Positions 14,037 to 60,385 of a stretch of 64,000 bases of DNA are shown one piece after another. Each line of letters opens with the position of its first letter. Positions within the stretch are counted from its first letter, which is position 1. A program made the position numbers and the translations under genes. The stretch is from Phoronis australis (Eukaryota; Animalia; Phoronida). The notes beneath the pieces are model-generated. The model did no database searches and was not told where the DNA came from. It was given only the letters and a program-made list of their open reading frames with translations. Location: assembly GCA_002633005.1 (NCBI GenBank), contig NMRA01000327.1, positions 71,632 to 135,631 of the forward strand, read 5' to 3'.

Positions 14037-14600
14037 GTGTTCTGTGATGGTAGCCTTTGGTTGGTGGATATAAGTGTTCCGTGATGGTAGCCTTGGGTTG
14101 GTTTTGTTTAATGGCAGCTAGTAACTGGTCAGGAGTTAATTTGTGTAGTTTAGGGAGTATGTGTGGGAGGTCTCTGGAAGTTAACTCATTTCAAATCATG
14201 ATTACAAATACATTTAGTCTCGTGCTAATTGAAATGAACATGACATTTTCTCAATGTTAAATCATTGTGGACAATTGTGTTGTTAGAATTTACATTTTTT
14301 ATTGTGAGAATTTAAGTTTTTGATGCACAAAACATTCCATTACTGGAACATTGCAGACTGTTGCTACTATTGGAAGATTGTTCTGTATCAGTGTTCTTTA
14401 ACAAAACTTGTATTTCTACCCGCCATACTTATTTCTTCTTCAGGGTGTTGATAGGAATTATCTGCTCTGCTACCACATGCAATCATGTGATTGAGAATAG
14501 CCATAGTATAGGTGTGTCTAAATATACATGTATTGCGATCAGTTCTATAATGTTTGCCAAAGCCAGTTATCCAGAGTGTTATGAAGTTCTGATGAATCTC

Positions 14601-14636
14601 AATAAAACAACACAGTGCTTATCAAAACAGTTTATT
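14601..14636. terminator. Convergent polyadenylation signals for FAH (+, AATAAA 14601-14606) and POLR2G (-, TTTATT 14631-14636)
   Basis: Canonical hexamers on opposite strands in the 661-nt gap between the two stop codons. Confidence 0.6.
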
Positions 14637-14697
14637 ATGTATTATAGTAAAAATGACAAATTATCAAATACGAAGAAATAGAAATGAGGCACCTCTC

Positions 14698-20320
<5,623 letters not shown>

Positions 20321-20705
20321 ATTGCCACCCTGAAATTCACTGCATTTTCCACACACAGAGACAAATGCAGTCTACCGAACAGAACGGAAGTTCGCGTAGC
20401 TAAGTTATCTCAAATCGTTAACCTAATTTCGAACTTCACAGCTTTAGTTTATTTTTTCAAAACCAATAGATAATTTGGAGTATGAAGTCTATGTAAACTA
20501 TATTTATTTGTTATAAAATATGATAAGAAACAATAATGATCTTGGAAGATCACACACGTTTAGGTATTTATTTTACTCAACCAAAGTACAAATCGTGGAG
20601 ATATCTTTGCGGAATTGACCATAGAATCTTATACGTAGTGTGATGTCTATTGTATTGACCATGTTGAGTAGTTGTTGAACGCTGCTGAACCGTCACGGCT
20701 TCACG
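20321..20705. promoter_or_regulatory. Probable bidirectional promoter POLR2G/MRPL4
   Basis: Divergent candidate ATGs ~385 nt apart; ETS/GABP-type CGGAAGT at 20385-20391 followed by TCGCG. Confidence 0.55.
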
Positions 20706-23700
20706 ATGCTGTTGAATAGTTTAATGGATCGGCTTCTGTCTGTGACACTGTGTAAAGTATGTATTTTCAGCAACGGCCAATCTACTGTGCTGGAATTCCG
20801 CTTGATCTCAAGGTCACATGTGCGTGAAACTTGGAATGCCCCAGACCGTGCCACCGGCACCGAGTGGCCACTGTAGTAGAGACGATGGCCATCCCTTAGC
20901 CTCCACACGTCGAAGATTTTCGGCGAATTATGACTAACACTGATAAAACAATCAAAGTGACATTGCTGTGAGTACTTTTCGTGCATAGAAGTACACCTTA
21001 GGAAGCCGTTGGTGTTTAACTCTTTTCAACTCGAACAAGTACTACCGCAATCAAACTTTATATTGCCTGGCGTAAGCAGTGCACAAATTCCAGTTGGCAA
21101 TTTGGGAAACTGAACGAAGGACGGATTGAGCAAAAGACTTGGTTGCAGGAGTCTTTTTTCGAGCTTGGAAGAGTTTAAGACATCACCGGCTTCCTGGCTT
21201 AGGACAAGGTGTCCCTCTATGTGCAAAGGGAACTTATAGCAACATGACTTTGGTAGTTTAAGCAGTGTGAGGCATAATTTTCCAAAAAAAATTCCGGCAC
21301 ATGGAGGGCCTATGAGACAGCCACTGTCTCTACTAATCTATGGCAAGTAGATTTGGTGGCACTGTTAAGAAATACCTCAGAATACTTAGCAACTTCACAC
21401 AAATACCATGTTCATGTTGATAAAAATTTCACTGCACTGAAGCAAACCAAATCTTAGTAAAATGCTGTAATTTTAACCATCCTTTTTGGCTCTTTTTTCA
21501 ACTATTAACAATTTTATTCACAAAACAATCCATTTACAAACTCTTTCAATTCTGTGACACAACTGCTGATCGTGGCCATGTGGGTTGGGGCCAATGGTTA
21601 CAAAATTTTGTCGCACTGAACTACAAATTTCTCCCAGAATGCTTTAATGAATGTATAATTCCAATTCCGACTTTTCATTACCTGAAAACTACACTCACAG
21701 AAGATTCACCACAGTCAGTATATTATTTTGTAAATCAGTTCCTTTTCAACTCTTGACTGTAACAAGTGCTAGTGGTAATGTTGAAAAATCTTCCGACGCC
21801 GAGACTTGGACTCAGATTCAACCACGTTAGAGTGGAACGTCCAAATCATTCGGCTAAGAGGCAATTGTTGCTTGGGTTTAGTGAGCAGATTGGAAAGGCT
21901 TTTTTGGATTGTCACGCCTGAAAGCGACGTGACGCAACACTTAGCAGCCAGCTAGCGTCATATTTAGTTGTGGGGTGCCAATTGTTTGTACACACTTTTG
22001 CTATCCTGACCAATGTAAATTGTATAAATTAATGCTGGGGAAACTTTATTTAGTCTTGATTGATTTATAACGTCATGTAAAAGCTCAAGGAAATGCTCTT
22101 TATTATATAATATTAGCTTTTAATTTGCAAAAATCTTTATCTATGTGGAAGTGTAAAGTACCAGAAATGAATACACGCATTGCTGTTTATCTCGTTTTTC
22201 ACCCAGAATGACTAGTTGTAATATGACATTCAGTCAAAGCTATCTGGCTGACTAACTGCAATTTGAGGCTGAGGGATTCTCCCATTTTCAGGGGTTACGG
22301 GTAATTTGAGTCTGGGCGATTCTCCAATTGGAGGGATTACAGGTGATGCACTATGTGTGTTTATTTACAATATTCTAGAGATTCAATATGTAGCAGCACA
22401 TAACAAACGAATCTGGGACAAAAACCACTGACTAGAGTGTTCCCGATTTTCTTCTTTTTAGCCCATGGCTTTCATTCTTTTAAGAAAGCAACTTGTACTT
22501 GAAAGCCTTCTCTCCGTACTTGCTGATTTGTTTGTAAGTGTTAGAAGAGACATGAATCCCAGTCTTGCTCATCGGTGGCTAGCCATCCTGTGATTGACTG
22601 CTATAACGCAATGAGTACACCATGCTGTTGATAGAACCATCCCATGACTATGGACACCCAGTCATCTAGTGGATTGAATAGATGCTGAGGAGTTTCTTTC
22701 TTAAGAGTGTATGAGAGGTATACCATGAAGAGAAGGACAATACAATACAATAGCTTCCCAAGTAATGGGATTTCTCATTGCTGTGTGCTTTCAAGCAGCT
22801 GATGCAACTTTTTTTTCTTTTTTTCAGCTGTTTCCATCCAGAATGAGAGACAAAGTAATTGTTTTATATGTGTTAACTGATTATTAAGTTTGTTTAAAAA
22901 CTAACTACAAAACGTAGCATTCTATTTTGCAGTCCATTATATCTCGAAGTTTCCATGCTGCAGCAACGTGCAAACAAAGACCTCAAACAGATGGTGAGAT
23001 TATAAACTTACATAATTCCATAACACAGCCAAGTAGTTTCAGTTGCTCAGTTGTCTCTTATAGTCGTTGGATGATAAACCCTTTGTCACGAAGAATTTGT
23101 ATAAGCTTCTTGAAGATGTGTGTCATAAATTTCCCAGGAAACTAAAATTTTATCCTGTCATCCTGTTTATTTTAATCATTGTCTTGCTTTTCATCACCTT
23201 GATTTTTTTTTGAATGTCTTGTTGAATTAGTTTTAATTAAAACAACATAATGATAAACTGCTTCATGACATTAATTAGTTGAACAAACTAAGTCACTATC
23301 TGGTGAAGTTTGAGCTTGTGAGATGTTCGAGATGTTGGTATCCTTTTCAGAGTTCACCCCACCAGTTGTAGAAGGCCAGTCATTACCCATCATTACGTCC
23401 AGACAGATTGACTTGCCCAGTTTGTGGCGAGAGCCACGCCAAGCCTGGCTGGAGAGTCTGAGTTCTGTTGAAGATGAAAAACTGGGCATTGTAGATCTAC
23501 ACCCAGATGTCTTTGCAACCTATCCCAGGTGTGTGGCTTAATCATTACAAATCCACAAAATTATAATCTAAAGAACTTGATAAGTTCTTTTATTTTCATT
23601 GTGTCTCTGTTGTAAACAAACTGTTATTATGCTGGGTTCTATAATATTTTGGACCTGGCAGAGTTAAAATTAATATTACAATAAATGGCTGTGGTTCCTG

Positions 23701-26700
23701 CATGCAACAGACATTTTCACTTCACACACTATCAGCTGAGATCTGTCTGTACTGACCATGGAAAAACAATTGAGTTATCTAATGTTTACCATAATAAGTA
23801 TTTAATTAGAATCATAAATGCGTTGTTTTCATTTTAGGATCGACTTAATTCACAGAAATATTTTATGGCAAATGAAGTACAAAATGATAGTAAGTATATG
23901 AGATAGCCGTCTGCTTGTAACCGTGTTGCTTATAAAAGTGGTACTAAATAATATAAAGAGCGAAATTACTGTTGAATAATTGTCAACTTTTGACATTATT
24001 CCTTTGAGCTCTGCTATTGTGATTTTTTAGTCCAATTTCTTCTATGTGTCTTTGACTTGATTATGAAGTGTAAATTTCCAATTCTTCACTGTCTCTCCTG
24101 CGCTGTGGTTTTAAAGCCATCATAAAAGCATTGTGTGCAATTTTTGTCTTTAGAAATATGATCGGGTGAAAACCAGGGCGGAGATGAGAGGTGGTGGTCG
24201 CAAACCGTGGCCTCAGAAAGGGCTTGGAAAAGCAAGAGCTGGAAGTATCCGGTCGCCACTGTTTAAAGGAGGTGGGTCAGAGTGTGCTTATAATGTGTGT
24301 TAAATTATTGAATTACCATTTGTACTCTGTCATTTATGCAACCTTAGCATGAAAATGGTTTTGATGAATGTTTGATGGTTGACATACTGACATGTACACT
24401 GACTGCTAGGTGGGGTATCTCATGGACCCAGAGGACCAGAGAGCTTCTATTATATGTTAACAAGGAGCGTGCGTGAACGAGGCCTGAGATGCACACTGTC
24501 TGTCAAGTTTGCTCAGAATGATCTACATGTCGTCGACTCTTTACAGTTACCTAGTGATGAACCAGAGGTAGGTCAGACTCAGGTGGCTTGGATAAAACCA
24601 CACTCTGATGTATTTGATGATAATTTCAGTGATCAGATGAGAAGTTTGCTTTTAAACCAGATGTAAACCCATCTTCCATCAGAAAAGTCAGCTTTTAGTT
24701 TAACCACTTATAACTATGAAATTGATTGAAAAAAGGTTTTTCATAGTCTCGGTGAAGGTATGTAGGATCAACATACTCAGAGACTAAAATGTGAGTTCGT
24801 ACATTTCGGACTACTCTCTACAGTGTTTTGTCAACGATTGGTGACGGGACGTCCAGGTTTCCCTGAGTAAGTTGATCCTACCTATACCACTATGAAATTG
24901 GTCTCAAATTTTTCCTTAGTCCTAATAGAGGCAAAAGACCTGACTTTTCGACATTGATTGATACCCGACTCTTCAAGTTGACCTGCCACAGAGGGTCATC
25001 TTATGTGCCAACCATGGGCTTAAGTAAAAATGAACTGTCAGTTATTTCGAAGCCCTAAAACCAATTCTCATCTTGATTAAGGAACAATGTAAAACCAGTT
25101 TTATAGCTGGCTGTGGGTTTACAGGTGCTTTTAAATACTTCTTTGGGAGCTTTGTCTTGAATTTCACCCAGAAACCAATTATTGTTCTTAATAATTCTAG
25201 AGAGAATTCATTAAATGCTTGACAGTGTTGTCGGTTGACGACTTTAATACATACTCACTGAATCTCTGTAAATCTGTTGATTATACCTTGGATAACAGTA
25301 GAGAAGACTGTCAAGAATTATTAAAATAATGGCTATATTTCGTAACAGCTCAGTCATGAAATCTGTCAAGAGGGACTCCTGACAAATTAGTTAAATAATT
25401 ATAAATGTAACCTGCTTGGTAGAATGTAACAAACTTCAGTTAATACTGAAGTGGTTGAAGCTGCTATGTGCAGAACTTTGTATCATGAAGTTGGTGCATA
25501 TGAACTAGACTGTGATAAATGAGACCTATTCAGATGAATTTTCTCATTGCTGTGATACGTTTCCTTGTTTGTTTAGCCTGTTTTATCACATTAAGTTGCT
25601 TTTATACACACTTATTTTGTGCGATATTGACATGTGTTCATTTCTGCAGTATATAGAAGAGTTGGTCACAGCCAGGCGATGGGGAAATTCTGTATTGTTT
25701 GTGGACGAGTAAGTATCTGGGGTGGTTTTCTTTTAATTAACATTTGAATTAAAACAATGTCATTTTGCTTATATGACATTGCATAGTATGTTGACAGCCT
25801 AGGTGAACTACCATGGAATACAGTACTTTTAAGTTTTGTTTTACTGTGTATACCTGTATTTAGGTCCACGTGTTAAAAGGCGAAGCTGCACTAATATTGT
25901 GTAATAAAATGGTAGACATCGATGCATGTACAATCCAATGCCAAACTATTACAAATGGAAATACTGAGAAAACCAAAAGCGCCCAGTTTGAGACATGCAC
26001 ATATGCAAGACGTTTCTGCCTGCACCTATAAATGAAGCATAGGTCCATTTTCCTATGGTTATGTGAAACACTTGAGTAGAAGAGTTTTTGAAAAAAACGG
26101 GATTATTTCACATCGCCCGAAGTACGTACTACATACACAGTAAAGCATTCAGCAATTATATATGCAATAATGTGATAAGTAATAAAGGTGATACTTTAGA
26201 TATAGGACTGTTTATACAATAGCATATTGCTTTAGGTTAAATATCTGGTCATCTCTCATACTATCTGTTATTTGTAATTGAATGATGAAGTTGTTCCGAA
26301 GTGCACACCAAAAATATTCAAACAAACTTCCATTTCAGTGACGGTAACTGTACTTGGTCATAGTAACCTGGAATTTCAGGTTATCTTAGTCATGCTGCAG
26401 AGATTAAGTATTTAATATTAAAACTCATTTTTCATTGCATTTATTTTTACCCACCAATAATTTCAATTCCTTCCATTTCAGTAATGACATTATCCCCAAG
26501 AACATGGCTTTAGCCATAGCTGATATTGGCCATTTTAATGCCATGCCAGTGTATGGTAAGTTATTTTTGATAGGCTTGTGCTTCACCAAAAATGATAGTG
26601 GTGTACATGTGTTGAGTCTGGTGCAGCAGCATGCTGTTGAGAATTATCCGTGCATGTATTTTCTAAATATTTTTGGTCAATACAGGTATTTTATTGATAC

Positions 26701-27201
26701 TCACTGGTGATAGTTGGGAGTTAACAGTTGCTTCTTTTAGAACGTTCTCTGATATTTGCTTTAATATGGTTTTAATGGAATAATCTTGCACTTTAATAAT
26801 TACCATTATTTTTGTTGCTCTACTACTATTACTTTCATAATCATTAGAATGTAACCAAAAGAGAGCTTGCACCCATTAATTCTTCAAACGTGTAAACTAA
26901 ATGATTGAAACTATATTGAGCAAAATTGAAGTATTTTGTGGAGTGAATTAGTCTGTATCCTGATTTTTCACAATGGAGTTGTCAGGTCTATTGGTTTGCA
27001 TTGTTGACAGTACTGAGTTATCTATTCACCTATATCACTGTGTCTTATTCAGGTCTGAATGTGTATAGCATGTTGAAACATGAGACCCTAGTTCTAACAT
27101 TGGCAGCTGTAGAGAGGATTGAAGACAAGCTAGTGCAAGAGATGTACAGACCAGGCAGGGATATAGGATACAGAGACAATGTATACGCAAAGAGGAGATA
27201 G
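20706..27201 (+). CDS. MRPL4: Mitochondrial ribosomal protein L4 (uL4m). Exons: 20706-20756 (tentative first), 22933-22993, 23351-23528, 23838-23889, 24154-24271, 24410-24567, 25650-25708, 26482-26555, 27053-27201; possible extra or alternative exon 22462-22533
   Basis: RQAWLESL...[83 protein letters not shown] and [19 protein letters not shown]; phases are consistent. The N-terminal exon choice is uncertain. Confidence 0.93.
20874..21335. mobile_element. MITE with ~180-bp imperfect TIRs (family B); a related arm lies at ~1700-1880
   Basis: TAGTAGAGAC...GTCTCTACTA ends; arms share CGGCGAATTATG...CAAAGT...GTGCATAGA...CTTAGGA with 1700-1880. Confidence 0.65.
24739..24897. repeat. Short foldback (MITE-like) in an MRPL4 intron
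   Basis: TTCATAGT...GTAGGATCAACATACTCAG versus CTGAGTAAGTTGATCCTAC...ACTATGAAA. Confidence 0.55.
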
Positions 27202-29602
27202 CAAACCTCTGTGACACCATTGTTCAGTTAACAGGCCGTCTTTTCTCATGACTTCAGTTTCTTGCAACGACTAACGTCGTCAACAATGGGAGCAGACATA
27301 GATCAATGAAAAAGCACGCTGAATGACAGTCATGACTTTATTGCAGTGAACATGATGTGGTGTGCTGCCTTCTACACCAGTGCGTGGACCTGTGTGTCAG
27401 AGATGTGTATTTGTGCCGCTAAGTAGCATATTTGTGAAGTATGGCACTAAGATTGACCAGCTTGAATAACCCTTAGTCATTTATTTTGTTCAAGCTGCAA
27501 AGTACATCACCATGTTCAAATTCAGCCTATATTATTCAAGTTATCAAAGTTTTCGAAGCTTTTTGTACCTACCTTTTTTAATGTTGCACACCAACCTCGA
27601 ATATCCCTCGCTAGCAATGTAAAATGTGCTTGGCAGATGATCCTACTTTTGTGCACATCACATGAACTAGTTCTTCACATTCTCCTCTGAAGTTGCATGG
27701 CTCAGACAGTTTTCAATTCAAGCTGATGTTCAAAAAAACACCGGTAATGTGAGCAAGGACATGATTATAAAGGTGGGCCTGCAATGTGAATGTGAACTGA
27801 AATCACATTTTCATTCTTTAAGTAGCAACGTTTCGCTCTTATTTGCGAAAAATGCCATGTCCATTTCGCAGTAATGCTCATACCACCGTCTCAGTTACAA
27901 CCGGATTTTCCGCCAACCTGTGTTATAACAGTCCTTAGATGTATCAGTTTCAAGACAGAATAGGCCAAAAAGGAATATCCATTTACGTGATATGAATATA
28001 ATAAAGATAAATAAAGAATAAATAGAACACATAAAATGCAACAGCAGAAGACCGAAGTAAATAATTTTTTTTTTAGATATATAGGTGAGCACAGTCACAG
28101 AAATCGGTGTCGCGCAAAGAGGAGAGGGAGACACCTAAGAATTCATATAAAGTGATATGGCTGAGGAAAATTCACCAACGATTTCAATGCCAACCGGTGT
28201 ATCAACGTATTGTCCATCTTACCAAGGATTGTATATTTTTATCTGACTTATTTTTATTCACTATCTATTGTAATTTTGTTATTCATTATAAATGACCTTA
28301 TACCGCTTGCTACATTCTCCTGTTCATATCTGGCAACGAGCTTGTCACGCACGTATCAGTTATATATTATTCGGGACATATGTCGATCATAAAAACCGAT
28401 AAGTTTTGGTCGCATAAAGCAGTATCTAATTATGCTAATAAAATCTGTAGTATGTACTGGCTAAACCAGTTTCGTCCTGTGCTACGTATGCTCCATGACG
28501 TTTTCATAACCCTATCGGTTGAGTTAACTTTAATCTCTCGACTTCCATAGGACAAACTGGTCAAAGGCGTTTGAAAAAACATTCTTCGTTTAAATAAATG
28601 CATGTTCTCGTATTTCCTGTACTGTATCTCCCAATACTTGATTATACCTGCTTAGAATCAGCTCGGTGGCCACTGCAGGTAGTAACAAAACCGTAAACAG
28701 CGAAACGGTTTCCGCATTGAATTCTAGTTATTAATCCTGCAAATAGGTTACGTGTCTATCAAGAGTATGATTATCTGCTTACGCGGCCACTTATGCGATT
28801 TTTCTGAAAACAGTATTTGAGGAAACGTAAATTTGTTGTTGTTGTTTTTATCTCCATGGAAACAAGAATACCTTATTCACATATACATTTAACACTTGGA
28901 AATTGGAATCTTAACCTTCTGTGCTATCGCAAAACAATGTTATTTCCAAGAATCTGAAACGCATGGCGGTCCCGAATCGCGTTCCGCCTTTTTTAATGCA
29001 ATCAACCCATGTGATACCTTTTGTTGGATTTGGTAAACATCAGCAGATTAAATCGAAAATAATAAAGTGTTGAAAATGAAAAATGTCAATTTTCATAAAT
29101 CCGTTTTTTATTAGTTTTGTTTTGTTTTGTTTTAGCACTCTCTTTTGTTCCAGACTAAAACTATTAAAATCTAAATTATGTCTGAGTCGTTGAAGAACGT
29201 CGGAGTTTTCAAATGATGTGCCTGGTTTTGACTAAAACGCGTCAAGACTTTTGGACTTCGATTTCAAAGTGAGAGCACATGCTTCAAGTGTCCGGTTCTG
29301 GGCTGTCCAGATAAGGGGACTCTTGGTATAGCAACGTAAACGTGAACAGTACGCCGAGTTCCGCGGCAAGTGCAACCAAGGGGAAGCATTTGATCAACCC
29401 TGCTCAAACTTGACCAGGTTCACAGGAATGAGATCGACATTCTTCCGATCCATATTTTCAAATGGCCGAACGGCAAACGTGTTCCGGGGTGTTTTTGTAA
29501 ACGCCTAAGGATGAACGTGCTCAGTTTTGTCCTTGACTTATGCAAATACGCAGTAGTTCGCTAAGACAGTTAAAATTTCAAGTTTAGAAAAAACAACTTG
29601 TT

Positions 29603-30420
29603 GGTCAATTTAGTCATTTCAATACTGTGAAAACCGTTGTTAGAAGCTCACTAAGATCAATGCTTGAAAACTTATTTATTGAAATCAACATTAAATAAGG
29701 ATTTTCGACAAGTTCATTCTAGATTGCTGACAAGTAAGGGTTATTCAAGTTAGTCGAATTTAATTTCGCACGGATCAAGTTTGAGTCTAGTACCAGTGGC
29801 GGATTTAGAGAGGGGTCAAGGGGGCCATGGCCCCCTAAAATTCCCCCAGATTCCATTGGGCAGTNCCCCCCCCCCCTAACTCAAAATTCTGGATCCGCCC
29901 CTGAGTACTGGAATAAAACATTTACAAAAATTAGCGACGTTGCGTCGGCATCTCACGGACTTCAGCTTGGCTTGTGACGTTATAGTTATTCTGGCCAATT
30001 GGTGGCGTTTTGACTAGACGGCGCGGCATTGACGTCAGAACACCATCCCATACGCGTGACATCGAATCATAAACCGCCTCTTTTATTTAAAGAGGAACTC
30101 TTAATGCGCTCGTGAAGAGCTTCCTTTACATCCCTTCTGAACCAGTCTTCCTCAAAGTCTAGGATAGTGACATCATCAGTATTGGAATCATGTCCAGTGG
30201 CGCACAGGTGGCTAAAAATAGCCGAATCTTAAGTGTATCCGTAACTAGGACCACGATGTTGTGAATAACGATAACGTCACAAGCCAAGCTGAAGTCCGTG
30301 AGATGCAGACGCAACGTCGCTAATTTTTTTTTTTAAGTTTTTATTCCAGTATTAGACTCAAACTTGATCTGTTTTCTCAACTGGATGTCTCAAAATTTTC
30401 ATGCTTTTAATTTCATACGC
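29603..30420 (-). mobile_element. Penelope-like retroelement 3' remnant (GIY-YIG C-terminus) with inverted 3' duplication
   Basis: Minus-strand translation DSAIFSHLCATGH...VTILDFEEDWFRRDVKEAL...SLNKRGGL is typical of the PLE endonuclease C-terminus. 30270-30370 is an inverted copy of the 3' UTR. Confidence 0.7.
29794..29903 (-). mobile_element. Family C MITE, copy 2 (5-bp TSD AGTAC), nested in a Penelope remnant
   Basis: CAGTGGCGGAT...ATCCGCCCCTG; the empty paralogous site is at 37960-37980. Confidence 0.85.
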
Positions 30421-30928
30421 TTAAAGACAAATAAAATTTTAATACTACCAGTGTTCTAGATCTTTGTTAGTAATATACAAAATATCCATATTAATTGTCG
30501 TAGTTGTGTTATCAAATCATTGTATTTCTTAACAATAGATGTGTGTAAAACAAAAAGATCTACAAAGTTTGATGTTTTTATTTATTTAAAGATACTCTTC
30601 ATTTTACATTCACCAACGTCGGTCGAAAGATGTCGCTAAAATATAAACATTTTTTACTTTCGAATAAAAGATTTACGATCAGTAATAGTTTGCATTACCT
30701 GTGATCATTTTGTGCTTACCTAACATGATTATATTTTACATAATTAGCAAGCAAACTGAAAATCGTGTGACAGCCATTTTTAAGATTAGTCAGCAAGGTG
30801 TCCTGAGAATATGTAGTTTGCTTGAAAGTGATTAACCAGTTAGGGTTACATATGGTAGGGAAAAAGCTTTAATAATATTGGTCAATAATTTGACGAAGCG
30901 CGCGTTTATAGATTTGTGATATATATGC

Positions 30929-30960
<32 letters not shown>

Positions 30961-31673
30961 TTGTGGACTTACAATAAATTATCATCATCACCACCACCAC
31001 CATCATTATTATTTCACAGAAATTGAATTAACATAATATGTATCTGGGTAACAGGTAAAGAATACAGAAATGCCCTATTATATGAAAACAATGGAAAACA
31101 GTATTATGCACACATACGCACACACACGCGCGCACGCACACGAACACACACACAATCATATATATATTCACAATAAAGACATACGAATATATAAGTTTTA
31201 CCTTACGACGGCTTTTCCACGAAACATGTCTTGTCAGTTTGAGGAATGGACTTTTTTGCTGACCTATTATTTCCAGTATGCAAACAATAGAGGTTTTGTT
31301 TTTAGGTAATTACTCTGTCGACATGCGTTCCCAAGGTATCTTTCCTTCAAATGTCTCGGTTTATGTATGATCCCCTGTGCAACCACAATCCTGAATTATT
31401 AATCGCTGCAACATTTTACGCATGCTCAGGGGTTTTTGGAGTTTTAATTTTTTATGCCACTGTGACTAGTTTTCTTCCGTTGGTAGCAGAAAATGTATAC
31501 TTTGGGGCTTTTGACAGCAGATCGCATCGCAGCTTTTTCATCCACGTAGAACTTCTTCAGCTCAGATGTAGTTTACTTTCGTTCATTGTATTCGAAACGG
31601 TATATGGTCGTACTGAAGATGTGAGACTGAAAACTTGTTGTGCACCTGTGGACACTAAAGCCATGAAGATAAA

Positions 31674-59507
<27,834 letters not shown>

Positions 59508-60385
59508 AGACTCTTGTGTCGTCGAAACTTAATTGGGCGCCTGTAATGACTAGTTGGCCAAATGCCTCATCAAACGAAAATGTCATGCTGAATTTTATGT
59601 TTCATATTAATGGATTGTATACCTTTACAATGTTTAAGAGATACATTTAGACTGTCGACAAGTCAGTTGTACGGCTAAGGGAAGCATTGTTTTTTTTAAT
59701 ATATAGAAAATAAACGCAATATCTTTTAGAAGTACTGTTCGTTGTCAACTGGTCTATATTCTGCTCATGGTTCTCTTGGCGAATTCATTGTCTAGCGAAC
59801 ACTGGGATAAGTGCAAGAGACCGTTCTGTTTTTTCAATACGGGGTTCTTATCCCAGCAACAATGACAAACTTTTGCCGACCTCATGAATTAGATTTATGA
59901 CATATTTGTTCACAAGTTGAATGAACCCCGGCAGATGAAAACCAGGGGTCCGTTTTATCGAAGATCGCACGTGCGATCCCACTAAGACTGTTGTTGGTAC
60001 AGTGGTCTGGATTCAATTAACATTCATCTTCATAACCCACTTTTGAGTGCCATTAAAATTCCGACCGTCTTAGCTACGACTGGCTCAACGACATTCGATA
60101 CGACAGGCCTCAGGCTATGAGGCATCACTCATTTTGAAAGAATATTTTATTATATTCTATACAGAGTTCTGATTTCCCCACCACTCGACCTTCTATTTCT
60201 TATCTATAAGTGCTCTCCCTTAACCACTCACTTAATAATGTAGTTAGAAGCATGGTGTCAATGCCTCTTCTGTTTCCCTTATGCAGTCTTGTTTTTGTAA
60301 AAATCGTTTGTGAACATCTGTTGTAACCGCGCATTTTGCTTCTCGCTCTTGAGAAATAGGAAACTAATATAATTTTTGCAACTAG

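Noticed and set aside
21793-21862. tRNA-like sequence on the minus strand
   Set aside because: Degenerate A/B boxes and no acceptor stem; at best a SINE head, not a tRNA gene.
26282-26400. Box C motif ATGATGA in an MRPL4 intron
   Set aside because: No box D (CTGA) or terminal stem at a suitable distance.
60165-60209. Short Ser/Thr-looking segment after an acceptor-like site
   Set aside because: The phase-1 reading hits TGA immediately and no compatible donor was found.
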